Shown piece by piece: positions 21,447-34,600 of a DNA stretch of 64,000 nucleotides. The position numbers and the translations under genes were made by a program. Origin of the DNA: Vicugna vicugna (lineage: Eukaryota); NCBI GenBank assembly GCA_013265495.1, contig MU059614.1, positions 1,837,601 through 1,901,600 on the forward strand, given 5' to 3'. Every line of letters starts with the position of its first letter. Position 1 is the stretch's first letter. The notes beneath the pieces are model-generated. The model saw nothing but the letters and a program-made list of their open reading frames with translations, did no database searches and was not told where the DNA came from.

Positions 21447-24400
21447 CTGCAAAAGAGGGCATGAGGCTGTTCAGAGGGAGACAGGGTCCCCCGCAGCTGG
21501 GGGTGGGCGTGGTCAAGACACACATGGCCTCAGCCGACGCCCCACGCCTGGCCCACCCCAGCTTCCCGGGGCCACCCTCCTGCAGGGCATCGGCCGTGCA
21601 TACCACTTGCTCGGCCAGCTCACTGCTGACACCCTGCTCCCTCTGCCACCACCGTGGAGGGTGGGCTGCGCAGGGCTGGCAGCCGCTCACAGGCAAGGCC
21701 CTTCCTGCTGCCAGGCCTGTCTTTGCCCTCTGCCCCACACTGCACCCACAGAGGAGGCCCCCGCGTGGTCTGTTGTGCTGACACACTCGGCAATCACAGC
21801 TCGTCACCCGGCATCCTTGCCCGAGCCACAGACACGATGGAAAGGCAGCCACCACCTTGGAGGGCACGGCCTCCGTCCTCATGCTCCTCAGAGACCATGA
21901 TGCAGCCCCCACCCAGGGCATCCAAAATTTAGCAAGAAAAAGGCCCATGAATTAACATTGTTTCTGCCAACAGTAAAAAGAATCAAATCCCAAATTAAAA
22001 TAAAAACAAGCAAGTTGATTTCGTGTGAAAGGGCGGGCGGCATCGTCAGGCCATCTACGGCTGGAGACGGAGCTGAGATGGGAGCGAAGCAGGCGGAGGA
22101 GGGGCGAGTAACGTCACAGCGACACAGCAGGAGAAGGTGGAGAGGGGCAAGACCTGAAAGAAAATAAGGCTGGAAAATGAATACACAGGAAAGGACTGCT
22201 TCTAAAAATCAAATAATGGTAAATCAAAATTATCTGGAGAATTAAAGAAACGAAAACCCAAGGTGATCACCAAGGAGCGAGACTACTAGTCTCTGAGTCA
22301 TGAGCAGTGTGGGTGCCCACATGTCACTGGGCCAGGGGCCTGTACTCCTGGACACGCCAGGCAGGCACCGAGGCCGCCTCGCAGGGAGGGTGCTCCCTGA
22401 TTCTGGACAAGTGGCAGAGTCGAGAGGAGCAGGCAAGGGCCGGCCGCTGAGCCCAGAAGACTAAAATCTCCTCCCTGAGAAGAAGGGAGGACACGGCTCG
22501 CATCCTGAGACCCCAGAGGCCAGCTTTCCCTCGGGAGGGTGACCAGAAGTGGCTCTCTTAGGGATTCTTCCTCAGGAAGGCCCAACACCCAGAGCAGAGC
22601 TCTCAGGCACCCGGATCCCACTCTCCTGTGCTTCCCCAGGAGCCTGGAGTCTCCTCCAGGAGCAGAGCTGCCCCAGTCCGGCCCTGGGGCCAGTGGTGCA
22701 GGCGCGGCTGGGAGCGGCAGGAGAGGGTGGGCTGGGAGCGTGGGAAGCTGGGGTGGCGGCAGGAGAGGCCAGGAAGCCCGGAAGCGCTCGCGGTGCTCAG
22801 GCTGGTCGGCAGCGGAGGCCCCCTCTGTGCCCGACCGTCCTGGTGGGTTTAGGCAAGATCCCAGCCCACTGCAGGCCTCCAGGCCGCCCCGTGAGGAACA
22901 AGAGCTCTTCCACGGACCCCGAGGACTAAAAAACCCCAGGAAGGCCTTGAGGAGCAGCGCCCGGCCAAGTCCCACATGAATCGCAGGCTGCAGGATGGCC
23001 GGGGCCGCAAGAGGAGGCTGGTGAGAGGAGAGGACAGTGGCACCTGCGAGGGCTCTGGTGAGTCAGCCAGGGCTTACTGTGCAAAGTGGGACCTTTTAAA
23101 CATGGATCCCAGGAAGTGCTGCAGTGTGACAGCAACGGCCTCCCTGTCCCCAGGCTCTCAGCCGAGGGGCAGTGGGCCTGCAAGTGCTGGCCCTGGTGTC
23201 AGTCACCAGCAGTTCAACCAGGGCCACGGCCGCTCCACCATCCAAGAGTCATTCTAGCAGCCCTGTGGCCAGTCTGAGGATTGCCTCGGGGCCATGGCTT
23301 GGGAGGAAACCAACCGGAGGTCCCCCAGTCAGGCTCCTGGGCAGCTGTGGCCGACGTCCTGCCAATCCGGGGTTCTACTCTACACCACCGGACACGGGGA
23401 TCAAACCAGCACTGGGTGGGCTACTCGGGACCAGAAAGCAGGCCTCGGAAAGTGACAGCAGCCAGTCAGACGGTATCAGGGTCAGTAAGGAAGTGACATT
23501 AAGCGTTAGGATGCAGAGCTGATGGGCCCCCCAGAGAGCAGCACCAGGTGAAGGAAGCCCATCCCCAGGATGGCAAAGAGCAGGCGGAAAGCAAAGCCCG
23601 AGATGCTATGTACCCAGGCCCCAGCTGAGGGAGCTCCAAGCCAAGCAGGTGTGCTGAATGTTAATTCTTTGGTCACCGCCAAACCAGGGCAGGCCACCCG
23701 CTTGGGGGCCTCCAGGACACAGCAAGAAGCCCACCGCCCGGCCCACCAGCCTCCTACTTCACTTATATGTCAGCGCGGTAAGGACAGCCTCGGCCCGTCC
23801 GGGATCCGGCCTGGGAGCAGGGCCTTCCCAGTCACGGGCCTGGCTGGGGGTCTGTGTCGCGGCGCTGCTGAACTAGGCTGTTCTTGTGAGGAGGCCCCCT
23901 GCTTCTGGGCCTCCATCTCAGCCCTGCATACAGGGAGGCCATGCACCTCCCGGGGTTACTAATGAAACGGGTGGGCAGACGTGGCTTGGAGGGCTCCTCC
24001 CCAGCACAGTCAGCTTCCCTCCCCTCTCCCCAGGCCTTAGGCGTCTCCTGTTCTCTTCTGTTTCCACATGCTTTCCTAACTCAGGAGAGGACACCCAGGG
24101 GAGCGGTGGGTAGTAAGAAGTAAGGGTGCAGGAGAGCAAAAGCAACCTGCTCCCAGCCGGCCCCTTGCAGGAGAACCCAGGGCCACCCTGTCCGTCCCCG
24201 TGGTATGCCCCAACCTTGAGCTTGGTGGGGGAGGGGGTACAGAGGACACTGCAGACACTTCTGGAACTTGGGTCTGAACTTCTTTCTGGGAAAGCAACTT
24301 CTCTGAGAAGTTGGAAACTAATGAGAACTATGGATTTTCTTCTACCCCCAAAAGGTACATGGACCCTCGAATCATTTCAAGAGGTTCACAACACGCCGGC

Positions 24401-24806
24401 AGCCTACTCACACACCTGGTCGAGAGCCCTGCCACAGGGCATGAACTCTGATTACAGACTCAGGGGTGGAAGCTCCTACTGGAAGGGGCGCTTGGGCACT
24501 CTGGTCCAGGCCTGGGCGTGGAGGCCACAGAGACAACCCAGATCCTTCCCCAGCTCCCGGGAAAGTGCAGGGCCAGGGGAACAAGAAGAGGGAAGGGCCT
24601 CCTACCCTCAGACCACCATCAAGTCCCAGACCCCCGGTCCCTGACTCTCCCAGGCACACGTATGTACGTGGGAAGGGAGGAGAGGAAATGTGTGTGTGTA
24701 AAGAACGTGATGGTGTCCGTGTGGGTACATGAGTAAGAAAACGTGAGGGTGAGGAGTGTGTGTGCACACGCGCCTGCGAGCCTTCGGCCTTGAGTACCCC
24801 CCTTAC

Positions 24807-25320
24807 CTCCGCTCGTGGCCAAACAGACGGGCCACCTCTTCCCTGCCAGGGCTCCGGGCCCGAGCCCCGCGCTCCAGCCGCCTCCTCTCCACCTGGAAGG
24901 CTTCTCGGTGGCTGATCCTGACGGCCTTGGGGACGTCGGCCAGGGTGGCATACTGCCTGCTGGCTTTAAAGGCAGAGGCGGGCCCCAGTCTCTCCGCTCC
25001 CCGCCCCCCAGCGCTGCCGGAGTCCACGCGGGCTGGAGGCTGGCTGACCGCATCCAGGGAGCTGAAGGAGCTGCTGCAGACCCTCCGGCCGGGGGGCCGA
25101 GGACCTGGGGAAGTAAGGGGATGATCAAGCTCCTGGGAGGGGGGGCCAGGGCCACTGTACCTGCTGTTGGGGGTGCTGGGGCTGGGAGGGGAGAGCGGCG
25201 GGGGCAGCTGCTGCTCCTCGGCCTTCACGTCCTGCTTGGTCTTCTCCAGGGAGAAGTAGCCACTCTCCACCCGGACTTTGCGGCCACAGTCCATGCGGTC
25301 ACCGCTTGGGGCGCTCTCCT
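24807..25320 (-). CDS. MPRIP: MPRIP exon 7, long form 514 nt (short form 25161-25320, 160 nt, via internal donor)
   Basis: Acceptor cttccag|AGGAGA. Proximal donor AGCAG|gtacag after 25161; distal donor CGGAG|gtaagg after 24807. The 354-nt extension is open and in frame (ORF 24803..25294). Confidence 0.92.
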
Positions 25321-26390
25321 CTGGAAGGGAGGGGACAGGAGACGCTCAGCCTGTGTCCACCTGTGGTTCTGAGGATCCTTCAAAAAGCCGCACAGTCCAG
25401 CAGAGGCTACTTCCTGACCTCCCACCTCCAAGGCTGATGAGGCCGCCCAAGGGCAGAGCCCCGGGAAAGCAACAAAACACCTTCCCACTCGGGTGCCCCT
25501 GCAACAGCGCTGCCCCTCTGCCAGATGGTTGGGGGTCCCTCAGCTTCAAGTCTGAGGGCTCAGCTGGGAGAGCAGTACTCCCCCCAAATAGAGAGGTCCC
25601 GCCCACTGAACACCAGGGAGAAATCCAGAGGCCAACTTGCCGTTCACCTTTTGGCCCATTTTTGGAGAGGGAGGGACAGAGGACCTTTGTGGGGACGAGA
25701 GGAGTGAGTGGACTCTGGATGTGGATGGGTGTGTGCCTGCAGGACCTTCTGCCCAGGGCTGGTATGAAACACATTTTGCCTGAAGGAGCTGGGTCAATTC
25801 ATCTGTCCACTTGTCTCGAGTGATTTGGACACACACGGGGAAGCCAGCCTGTGTCCTGCAGAGCCCTCTAGGGCCTGGATGAGGAAGGCCAGACTACCGC
25901 CCTACCTCTGCTCAGGCAGCTCCAAAGTGCCAGGTGGAGAAGCAGGGTGCTGCCGGCCGCGTGCTCCCCCGTACCTCCCTCCCTCCCTCACCTGGGCCTG
26001 AGCAGGACAGCCTCCCTGCTGCTGCTCTCAGACACAGTGGGCTTCCAGGGGAACACAAAGCAGCCACAGTGGGCAGGAACGGAGGCCCCTTGTCACAGAG
26101 CATCTGGATTCTCGGGACGCCTGGGGCTCACAAAGCATGTGCAGTCTTCCTCCTTTACAGGGGGCACTGAGGAGCTCTAGGGGCAGGGGCAGGGGCCAGG
26201 CCGAAGCCTGGGGATCCTGGTCCCACACCAGGCCAGTCCCTGCCCAGGGCTGAGGGACACAGAAGGTGAGGGAGCCTGGGGCCCGGGACTCATGGCCAGG
26301 CCCTGCAGGCCCCCAGTCCCAGGGCCAGCTCTGTCAGGAGGCCTGCTCCAGCGCTAAGAGGTGGGGCACCAGAAGATGGGCACCACTTAC

Positions 26391-26601
26391 CGTCTCTGCT
26401 CTCCAGCCCAGGCTCCCTCAGGGTGTTGGCAGCAGGGGGCTGGCTCTGGCTAGGACTCTCAGCTGGACTCAGGCCGCTCCCATCTGTCTGGTCCTTGGCC
26501 CTCATTTCTTCCTGCCAGAGTGTAGACTTGGTGGTGGGGACTTTCTCAGCACTGGGGATGCTGCTGCTGCTGGTGACAGCCATCTTGGCTGGCCCTGGCT
26601 C
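26391..26601 (-). CDS. MPRIP: MPRIP exon 6 (EPGPAKMAVTSSSSIPSAEKVPTTKSTLWQEE...LESRD), 211 nt
   Basis: cctgcag|GAGCCA ... AGACG|gtaagt. Confidence 0.97.
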
Positions 26602-29600
26602 CTGCAGGGGAGAGCGGTGTCTGCGGGCGTGGAGCACACAGCCCAGGCCGGCGCCCAGCTCACCGGCTACAGGGGACACCAAGGTCAACTACAGTGGCAG
26701 AGGCCTGGAGTCCCCAGAGGCTCAGAACAGAGATGTCCAGGCCAGGCTGGAAGCTTTTTCTCCTCTGCAGCCCCAGCCAGCACCCAAAGTATCTATGCAA
26801 GCTGGATGGGAGCCTGGAGCCCCGGTGGGAACCCACGCCAGAGCTGGTGCTGCTCCGGCAGAGACGCATTTGTGCAGGAGGTAATTCGCCAGACACAGGG
26901 AGTACAAAGCCAGAGCACACAGAGCAGTAACTCCACTCTGTGAGCCTAGAGCCCAGATAGAGGCAGGGCTGGGATCCCTGCCATCCTGCCCCTGCTCACA
27001 CCCTGGGCCCAAACCCCTGCCCACCCAGGGTCCTGAGGTGCCTGACAATGAGGGGCTGCCAGCAAGATGGCTTTGGGTGCCCACAGAAGTGAGGCACACC
27101 TCAGCTGTCTTCCCAAAAATGGAGGTACAATGTAAAAATGCTCCCCCCCACTCCCATCCTGGTGGCCAGGCCTCATTTTCAGAAATGTCCCCTGAACCAT
27201 CTCTGAATGGGCACTTGGCAAGGGTGACAGATCCCCTCACCGGTGTGTGCATGAAAGACCCCCGTAACCCCTCGGTTACTTGTTCAGTCACGTCACATCG
27301 ACCGTGGGCCGCGTCTGGCTCGCACTGCACCCGTCAGTGCTCACTCACCATTTCACGGGTGAGGCCGCCTGGGCTGGTGGGGAGCGGCCCATGCTCGCAC
27401 GACCAGGAGGCAGATTAGGGCTCTGAGCACTTTCCATCACCCCTGGAGTAGGAGGAAGGCCCAGGAGGGGCTTCACCTCGCACAGCACCCGTGAGGACCC
27501 ACCAGGGGGCCAAGTACCACACGCTGCAAAGACGACGGGCATTTCCCAGGGCCCAAAGCCTCCCTTAGCTTTCAAGGATCTCAGGCCTCCTGGGACGGGA
27601 CAGAGCCAGGATGGCTCTTCCCACAGACCCAGGACACGCCCAACCGCCCATTTGGTCAGAACTGTTCATAGACCTGACTCTGCGGCTACAGATTCCCGAG
27701 AGCTCTGGCCCCCCACGGAGGAAGTGGACTTCTCAAAGAACACGGCATCGGTTTCAGACCACTTCCCGAGGACTCCAACCGCACCGGCCCCAGGGGCCCC
27801 TGTTCCTCACTCAGCACACCGCCCTCGCCCACACACAGCGGCCGTGCTCCCAGTCAGCGGCGCCTCTAGGTCTCCTTGTCGTGCCCCCTCCCAACTACCT
27901 GGGGCCTCTGCTCGGAGGCCAGGGGCTGGACACGGCTCTGCTGGGCTTCCTTCTGCAGAGCTGAGTGAGGGTGACCTGAAGACCACTCTCAGTGAGTCCA
28001 TCCCCTCTGTGGAGAGGAGGCTGGACTGAGAGAGACAAGCTACCAGACAGGGCCAAGGAGGAAGGGGCAGATGCTGTGCCCGTGATGACAGCAGCCCTCT
28101 CTGTTGGCACCCTCAGCCCCACGCTGCCGGTGAAGGGCCCTGGCACGCACACCCCTCTCTGATGCTCAGAGTGACCCCAGCACCGGGTAGGGGCTGGGGC
28201 GGCCGGGATCCCCAAGAGGCAGAGGAAATTCCAGGCCTGAGGTGCAAGGCGCTGTGATGGGGGCTCGGGGAACACGTGTGTTTCCCAGCACCAGGAGGCC
28301 ACAGACCTGCCTCCCGGGCCTGGGCCCCCAACCTTGGCCAGGCTGGCTGTACCACAGATCCCTCCCAGCGACCATTTCTGGGGACTCATCCCAGAGAACA
28401 AGGGCCCTGGATGGCAGCCAAGGTCCACAAAGAGTTCTTTTTCTCTCCTTTGGTAGCCCTGCCTTCTCTCACCTCTATGCCAAGCCTCATCAAGTCAGCG
28501 GGGACAGAGGGACAACCCAGTAGCAGAAACAAAGCCATGCTGGCCTCTAGGAGAGGGCGGCGGCGGGGGCCTAGTTTCTGGGCAGAGTTGCTTCTCTTCT
28601 CCAGAGCAGATGGGTGGAGAGCAGATCTCGCACAGACCAGGCCTGGGCTGCCTGGCACCACCTCCACACTGCACACTGTCACCACTGCAAGAGGCGTGCC
28701 AGGACCCACAATGACACGGACCCCAGGTGCCTGTGCAAGAGGAGTGGAAGCCTAGGGTCCTGTGGACTCATCTCTGTGGCTGGGATGGCTGCAGACTCAG
28801 AGCCATCAGTGCCACAACAGAGTCTGCGCTTTTCATGTGGCTGTTCAGAAAGGGTCTGCAAAGCAGGGCAGGAAGGCAGGCCCCAGTGGAGGCTCCTGTC
28901 TAGAAGGGTCACAGAAAGCCTTCCTTTGCACCTCCGGAGCATGAGCACTGAGCCAGGGCCCAGTGAGAAGCAGGGTTCTGACCCTGAGTGGGTGCAGCAG
29001 GCACCCAGCGGAGACGGGCCGGGGGTGGGAGATGAGGGGAGCCACCACCTGAGCCCCGGCCTGCGGCCTTGCCCAAGCCCCAGGCTGGGGTCTGGGGGAG
29101 GGCAGCAGGGTTGCCACCACTCCTGCCCTGGTCAGGCCCCGGGTGGACTGCTCCTTTTCTTGGGGAGGGCAGTGGGGTTGCCATCACTGCGGCCCTAGTC
29201 AGGCCCTGAGTGGACTGTTCCTTTTCTGTAGGCATCTCAGCACCAGGCAGTCTCTCCCCTGAGAGGAGCTGGTGCCTCTCAGACTCCAGGCTTTGGAGTC
29301 TCTGTCTCCTCTCCCTGCCCAGGGTCTGTTGGGACTCCCACCCCGATGCCTGCTCCTCATCCTCCCTCCGCCTGGCGTGGGGTGCATGCACCTGCCACGG
29401 TCCCAATTTCCAAATGCCAGAACACCCTTCTTGAAGTGGGACCCTGGGCTCTCCTGCTTGACAGAGCTCCTGGAGGGCAGGGTGCAGCAAGGGACACCTC
29501 CAGCCCCCATTGGTCTGACACTCTGGGGCCACAAGAAAGAGGCTCGATCTGGAGTCTTGGGTTCGTCTCTGTAGGGCCCCCTAAGGCATTAGCCTTTCCC

Positions 29601-30015
29601 CACAGCGCCCTCCCAGGCTGCAGAGAGAGGCCTGCCTGAGACCCCCAGCCCTCCTCTGGAGAGGCCCCACTTCACTCCACGAGACTGACTCCCAGGGGAA
29701 CTGTCCCTGATGAAGGCTCACAGCCTCCAGAAATCAGCTGCCTCTAACGTGATGCTCGGGGAGTAAGAGGCAACAGGAAGAGAGCTCCCGCCCAGAGGCT
29801 GAGCGGAGGAGGCTGGGACCCCAAGTACTCTGGGTTCTAAGAGGCCCTCAGGGAAGTGGGTGATCTCCCCACCCTGCGATCACAGGGTTCCTGCTACCAA
29901 CCCAAAATGTGAAAGCGTTTGGGGGGGAAGGATGTAACAGGAAGGGACAGCTGGGAAGCAGGGACACAACCAAATTCCCTGGTCTGGGCCAAAAGTGTGT
30001 TCGCACATGTCCTTG

Positions 30016-30025
30016 CCTTATTTGG
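30016..30025. promoter_or_regulatory. CArG box CCTTATTTGG (SRF site)
   Basis: Exact CC(A/T)6GG match in non-repeat intron 5 sequence. Confidence 0.45.
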
Positions 30026-30634
30026 AGGCAGGAGCTCGGCTCAGAGGCATCACTATGGAAACGAAATGTAACCCTTAACACCGTGTTTCTGCCTGGGACA
30101 TTTCTCTCCAACCAGGCAGCTTTGGGGGTTTGCCTGTGTGTCTGCTGCTCCCCAGCAGGAAGCTCCACTTCCATTTTCCAGAAATGGCACTGATTACATT
30201 TTGCCAACTTCTTGCCAGGGACACTACCTTCCAGGGGGAGGTTGGCCTGGGGCTCCTTAGCCCAGAGGGCAGACAGTGACCACTGGCTGAACCCCATCAG
30301 CAGGAGGGCCTGTGCAGCAGCCCAGGGCAGGCATGTCCAGGGGGGCCTCAGGGAGTGTGGAGGAGGAGGGGGACCCAGCACACACCTCCCTGTCCTGCCC
30401 AGACCCCTGCCACTCAGTGAGGCAAAGAGGAGCCAGCAGGGACTGCTGAGCCCCAGGGGGTAGCCAGGTCCTGCCAGGGGACGGCTCTCTGTCAGGCTCT
30501 GGGGTTTGTGAGATGCCCATGGGACCCCAGTTTCCATCCTGTTCACTCTCAGGGTTGCTGTGAGGCTCAGGCAGGCAAGGCAAGAGCATGGAGTGATCGT
30601 GGGGTTTGAAGCAGAGAGGAAAGAGCAACGTTTA

Positions 30635-30860
30635 CAGTTGACCCTTAAACGAGCAGGGGTTGGGGCACGAGCAGTCGAAACTCCAGCAGAACTCGCAGTA
30701 GTTGGTCCCTGCATCTGCGGTTCCTCCGCATCCACAGCGCCATGTCCACGGACTCCACCAACCGTGGGCGGTGTAGCACTGCGGCGCCCACCGCTGAAAA
30801 CGCCCGCGTGTTAGTGGACCCACACAGGTCAACCCTGGCTGTTTCGAGTTGACGGCACTG
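30635..30860 (+). mobile_element. MER8 (Tigger2-derived MITE)
   Basis: TA|cagttgaccctt left TIR; internal gcagtcgaaa, gcggttcctccgcatcc, accaaccg and agtggaccc; degenerate right TIR ending cactg. Confidence 0.8.
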
Positions 30861-31530
30861 AGCACCCACGTAGGGCCCAATGCTTCCTTCCACGCTCAGT
30901 GACTCTAGAGCCAGGTTTCAACGCGTCCATTTTGCCAGTCAGTTCTTTAAGGCTCAGAATCCCTTCCAATGCCCTGAGCCCCGCTGACTGGCCTGGGCAG
31001 GGAAGAGAGAGAGCGGCCTTCGGGGAAGGGCCAGACCTGGAGGGGCCGCTCGGGCTGCCTCTCACTCTGGCCTCAGGGGAGCTGGGGCAGAGGCACAGAA
31101 ATCGAGGCCAGCAGTAGCTTCTCCGTTTACGGTCAGCCTGGAACGGGAGCGGGTAAAGTGAAGCCCAGGGGAGCTGAGCCACCTCCTGGGAGTGATGCAT
31201 AAGGGGTCTGTGTGGCCAGCAGCCCTGGCATGCTCTTGCCTCCGCAGCAGCTGGCAGGACAGTCAAGGGAGGGACACACACTGTGCCATCTCTGCATACC
31301 CCCTGCCTGCTGGCTGGACACCTCCAGGCCACTCTGTCCCTGGAGGGGGTCCTGTGGCTCAGAGCAGAGTGTGCAGACGACAGCCCACAGATCATCACGC
31401 GGGGCCAATGACAACCTCAGCCCTGACATGACCCTTCCCTCACCCTCAAATTTAGGCTGGGTCCTGAAGCCCTTTAACCTCCCAAGGTGCCTTCACCCTG
31501 TCCCATGTCACCTGGCAGCCCCACCCTCAC

Positions 31531-31615
31531 CTGTGGGGTAGGAGGCTCCACCTTCCGCTTCTTCTTCTGGTTTTGCTTGTTGGTCCTGGGATAGACCGTG
31601 AGCATCTCCAACCAC
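31531..31615 (-). CDS. MPRIP: MPRIP exon 5 (WLEMLTVYPRTNKQNQKKKRKVEPPTPQ), 85 nt
   Basis: tctcccag|GTGGTT ... CCACAG|gtgagg; contains basic KKKRK stretch. Confidence 0.97.
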
Positions 31616-34600
31616 CTGGGAGAGAAGAGGGGAGATCACCAGTCAGACCCTGCTGTCAGGGACCAGCACTCCACGTTGTTGGCTGGTCCAGGGACCAGGC
31701 CCGACGCTTCCTGCCTGCAGGCCCGCCCAGCCTCCTGGCACCCAGGCACTACTCAGATCAGAGCTGCCACTGCCGGGGCAGGAGGCACCAGCAGTGCAGC
31801 CCAGACAAGCACGGGCTGTGCCGGGACCACGCCCAGGCGCTGACCCTGTGGTGACCACAGGGCGGGCGGGGAGGGCCTGTGCTAGCCTGGGGATGAGGTC
31901 AGCTCCACCCTGGTGAAGCAGCAGGCTTGACCACAGGCCTTGGGTGAGGGCATAGCACAGTTTCTGTTACTGACCTTCCTCTGGTGCTTAGGCTCTGCTC
32001 TAAAATTGCCCTCCCAGAGCAGATCCGGCCAGTGCCCAGGCAGACTACAACTGGGAGCCACTCACGACCATCGAGGCAGGAATCCAGGAATCTGCCACCA
32101 AACCTCCCCGTGGCGGGTCACCTCGGGGGGCTGAGCAGCTGACCCCACAAACCCAACCACTCCACTCTGGGCCCCCTCATAGTGAGGGCACCAGGCCATG
32201 CAGCTTTGGAGAAGGCCCAGCAGAGCTGCCCAGGGGCCCTGTCTGGGGCCCACCTGCCGGAAGGTCCACTTCGGATCAGGGCAGACAGCACCAGGGGAGC
32301 ATGGGAAGAGCAGGGGCTGGAGACAGGAGGCCTGTGCTCAGATCTGGCTCTGCTACCCTCAAATCACAGCCCTGGGCAGCTCCTAGCCCCCGGGGCTTGT
32401 CTCCTCCCCTCTGAAACCAAGGACTGGATGAGGCCACGAAACGACCACTGCTTGCCTTGGTGGAGCTTCGCTGTGCCTGGGAGGATGGAGGAAGGGTGCT
32501 GGGAGGGGGGAGGGAAGGAGGGGGCTTGGTGGTGCATGGGGCCCTGGGGCTCTCTCCATAGGTTAAGGCACTGCAGGAGGCTCTGGGCCACTTCTTCCCA
32601 GAACACAAGGGTCCCTGGCGGGCCGGCTGCCTGCCTGCGCCGGGGACTGGTGGTGATGGCTGGGCTGCACGTTGGCACCCTGGCTGGAGGCTACAGCAAC
32701 GACTGACACCCCTAGCCTGGGGCAGGGAGAAGAGCTCGTGTCCAGAGCACTCGGAGGTGCTTCCTTGATTTGGGAGGGGGGATGGGGGGAGGCTGATGGA
32801 AGTCGGTGGCCTTCTGGGATAGCCGTGGGGTTGTGCTGCTAGCAGCTGAAAGCTGGGGAAGCAAGCTTGGATGTGGGGAATCACAACAGCCAAGCCGAGG
32901 GGCCACCCCGGCCAGCCCAGCCGAGAGCAGGGGATTCTCGATGTGCAGAGAGAATCAACAATCCCTGTGCGTGGAGTCCTGGGGCACATGTCCTGTGTCT
33001 GGGGTCCCCAAAGCCAGAAAAGGGGCCATGACCGTATCTGCAAGGCAGCAGATGAGCAGACTCTCCCAGGGCCTCACTCACACAGCCTGAGGAGTTCACA
33101 TGCTTATGGGGTTAAAAGACCTGCTATCCAGCCTGCCACAGGACCTAAGTTTCCTTTGGAAAATCCACTCCAAGGAACCATGGCTGCAGAGAGCCCCTCT
33201 CAAAACTTTCCCTGGGAGGGGAAAAGAGACTGCTCAGCAAAGTCACCTCATCCTCCTGGGCCTTGGAGCAGGGGTGTGGCAGGCAGGTGCAGACCCTCTG
33301 GGGCACCCCAAGCCCCTACACGCTGGCCCAGTCACTACCGATTGGCATCACTAATGAACTGGCACATCCACGAGCCTGGCAGGACAGGGCCTTGAAGGAA
33401 GACAAGAGGAGATCTGCCCTGTGGCTGCACCACTGACTGGACAACCTCCTGAAGCCCCCGTGCTGGCCTGAGCAAGGCCGGAGACTCAGGGAGGAAGCGC
33501 AGGGCCCCACGCTGCGGTGCTGCGGCTGGAGGCTGAGATGTCCAGGCACAGATGGCAGAGCATGTCCCTGCACTCGGATTCCTTGCGGACGCCCAGGAGG
33601 AAGTGTCTGATGGTGTCCAGATGTGTTATGGACGTCCAGGGAAGGGAGGCAACGGGTGAACAAAGCTGCCAAATCCTCCTCTGAAGAGCCGTGAGAAGCA
33701 CAGGGGCCCTGGGGCAGGGAACTGGCCCCTATCAGCTCTGGGCCAGGGGGCCACCTCCAGCCTCTCGGGGCATTCGGGGGTCTCCCTTCAGAGAAGATCC
33801 CGGAAAGAAGGCTGGAGGGACTGTCCTCTACTCCTCCTGCTCAAAGTCAGCCTGGAGGGAGTGTCTGTGCCTCTTTAGGGACCTGAGTGCTAAGACCCAT
33901 GTGGGGGCCCCAGAGTCCACAGATGAGGTCACCCAGCAAGGAGCCCCACCAGGCGGTGATACCCAGGCAGCCACAAAGGAAGCCAAGGCCAGGGCAGAGG
34001 AAGGAGACAGACTTCTGTCTCCAGGGCTCATGCCAGCACTGACTAAGGAGGCCGTGTCCCATCAGGTGGGAAAGGTGAGGAAGCTGTTGCCCCAGCTGCA
34101 GAGAGACCCCCCTCCTGGGTAGGAACCAGCGAGGCCTGGACTCAGGACAAGGGGAGGGAAGAGAGTCAGGTGACTCCAGCTCTGGGTCACTACAAGCTTC
34201 AGGACGGCTGGCTGACACCTGGGACCCCGAGGGCAAGCACACCCAGGATCTCGGCCTGCTAGGGACCTTGTCTAGCCAGGCTGCACGGGAACAGCAGGCC
34301 CTGTACGTGCCGGTAAGAGTGACCATGGGAAAGGGGCTCAGGACAGAGCCGAGGACCCCAGCCAAGCACCTAACACCACGTGGCCCGCAACTGCATCACA
34401 GACCTGGTCCCCAGCTCATAAGCTCCCCAGCTTGCTTGGGGACCTTGTCCACCCCTTTCCATCCCACCTTTCATCCAGACCCCTTCTGGGACACAGCTCT
34501 GAGGGGAGGCCTAGATCTCCTGAGAGACTCAGCTGGGCAGTGGAACCTCGATCAGGCTCCCTCATTCCTAGGGCCTCTGCCCCTCAACTGCAGAATGAGG

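Noticed and set aside
25656-25665. CCATTTTTGG, and CCTTTTTTGG at 62697-62706
   Set aside because: Formal CArG matches, but T-tract cores are likely weak SRF sites and the count is within chance expectation.
30632-30893. CpG-rich short ORFs (Cys-rich ...NYCEFCWSFDCSCPNPC; MALWMRRNRR...)
   Set aside because: They lie inside the MER8 MITE, whose consensus is CpG-rich.
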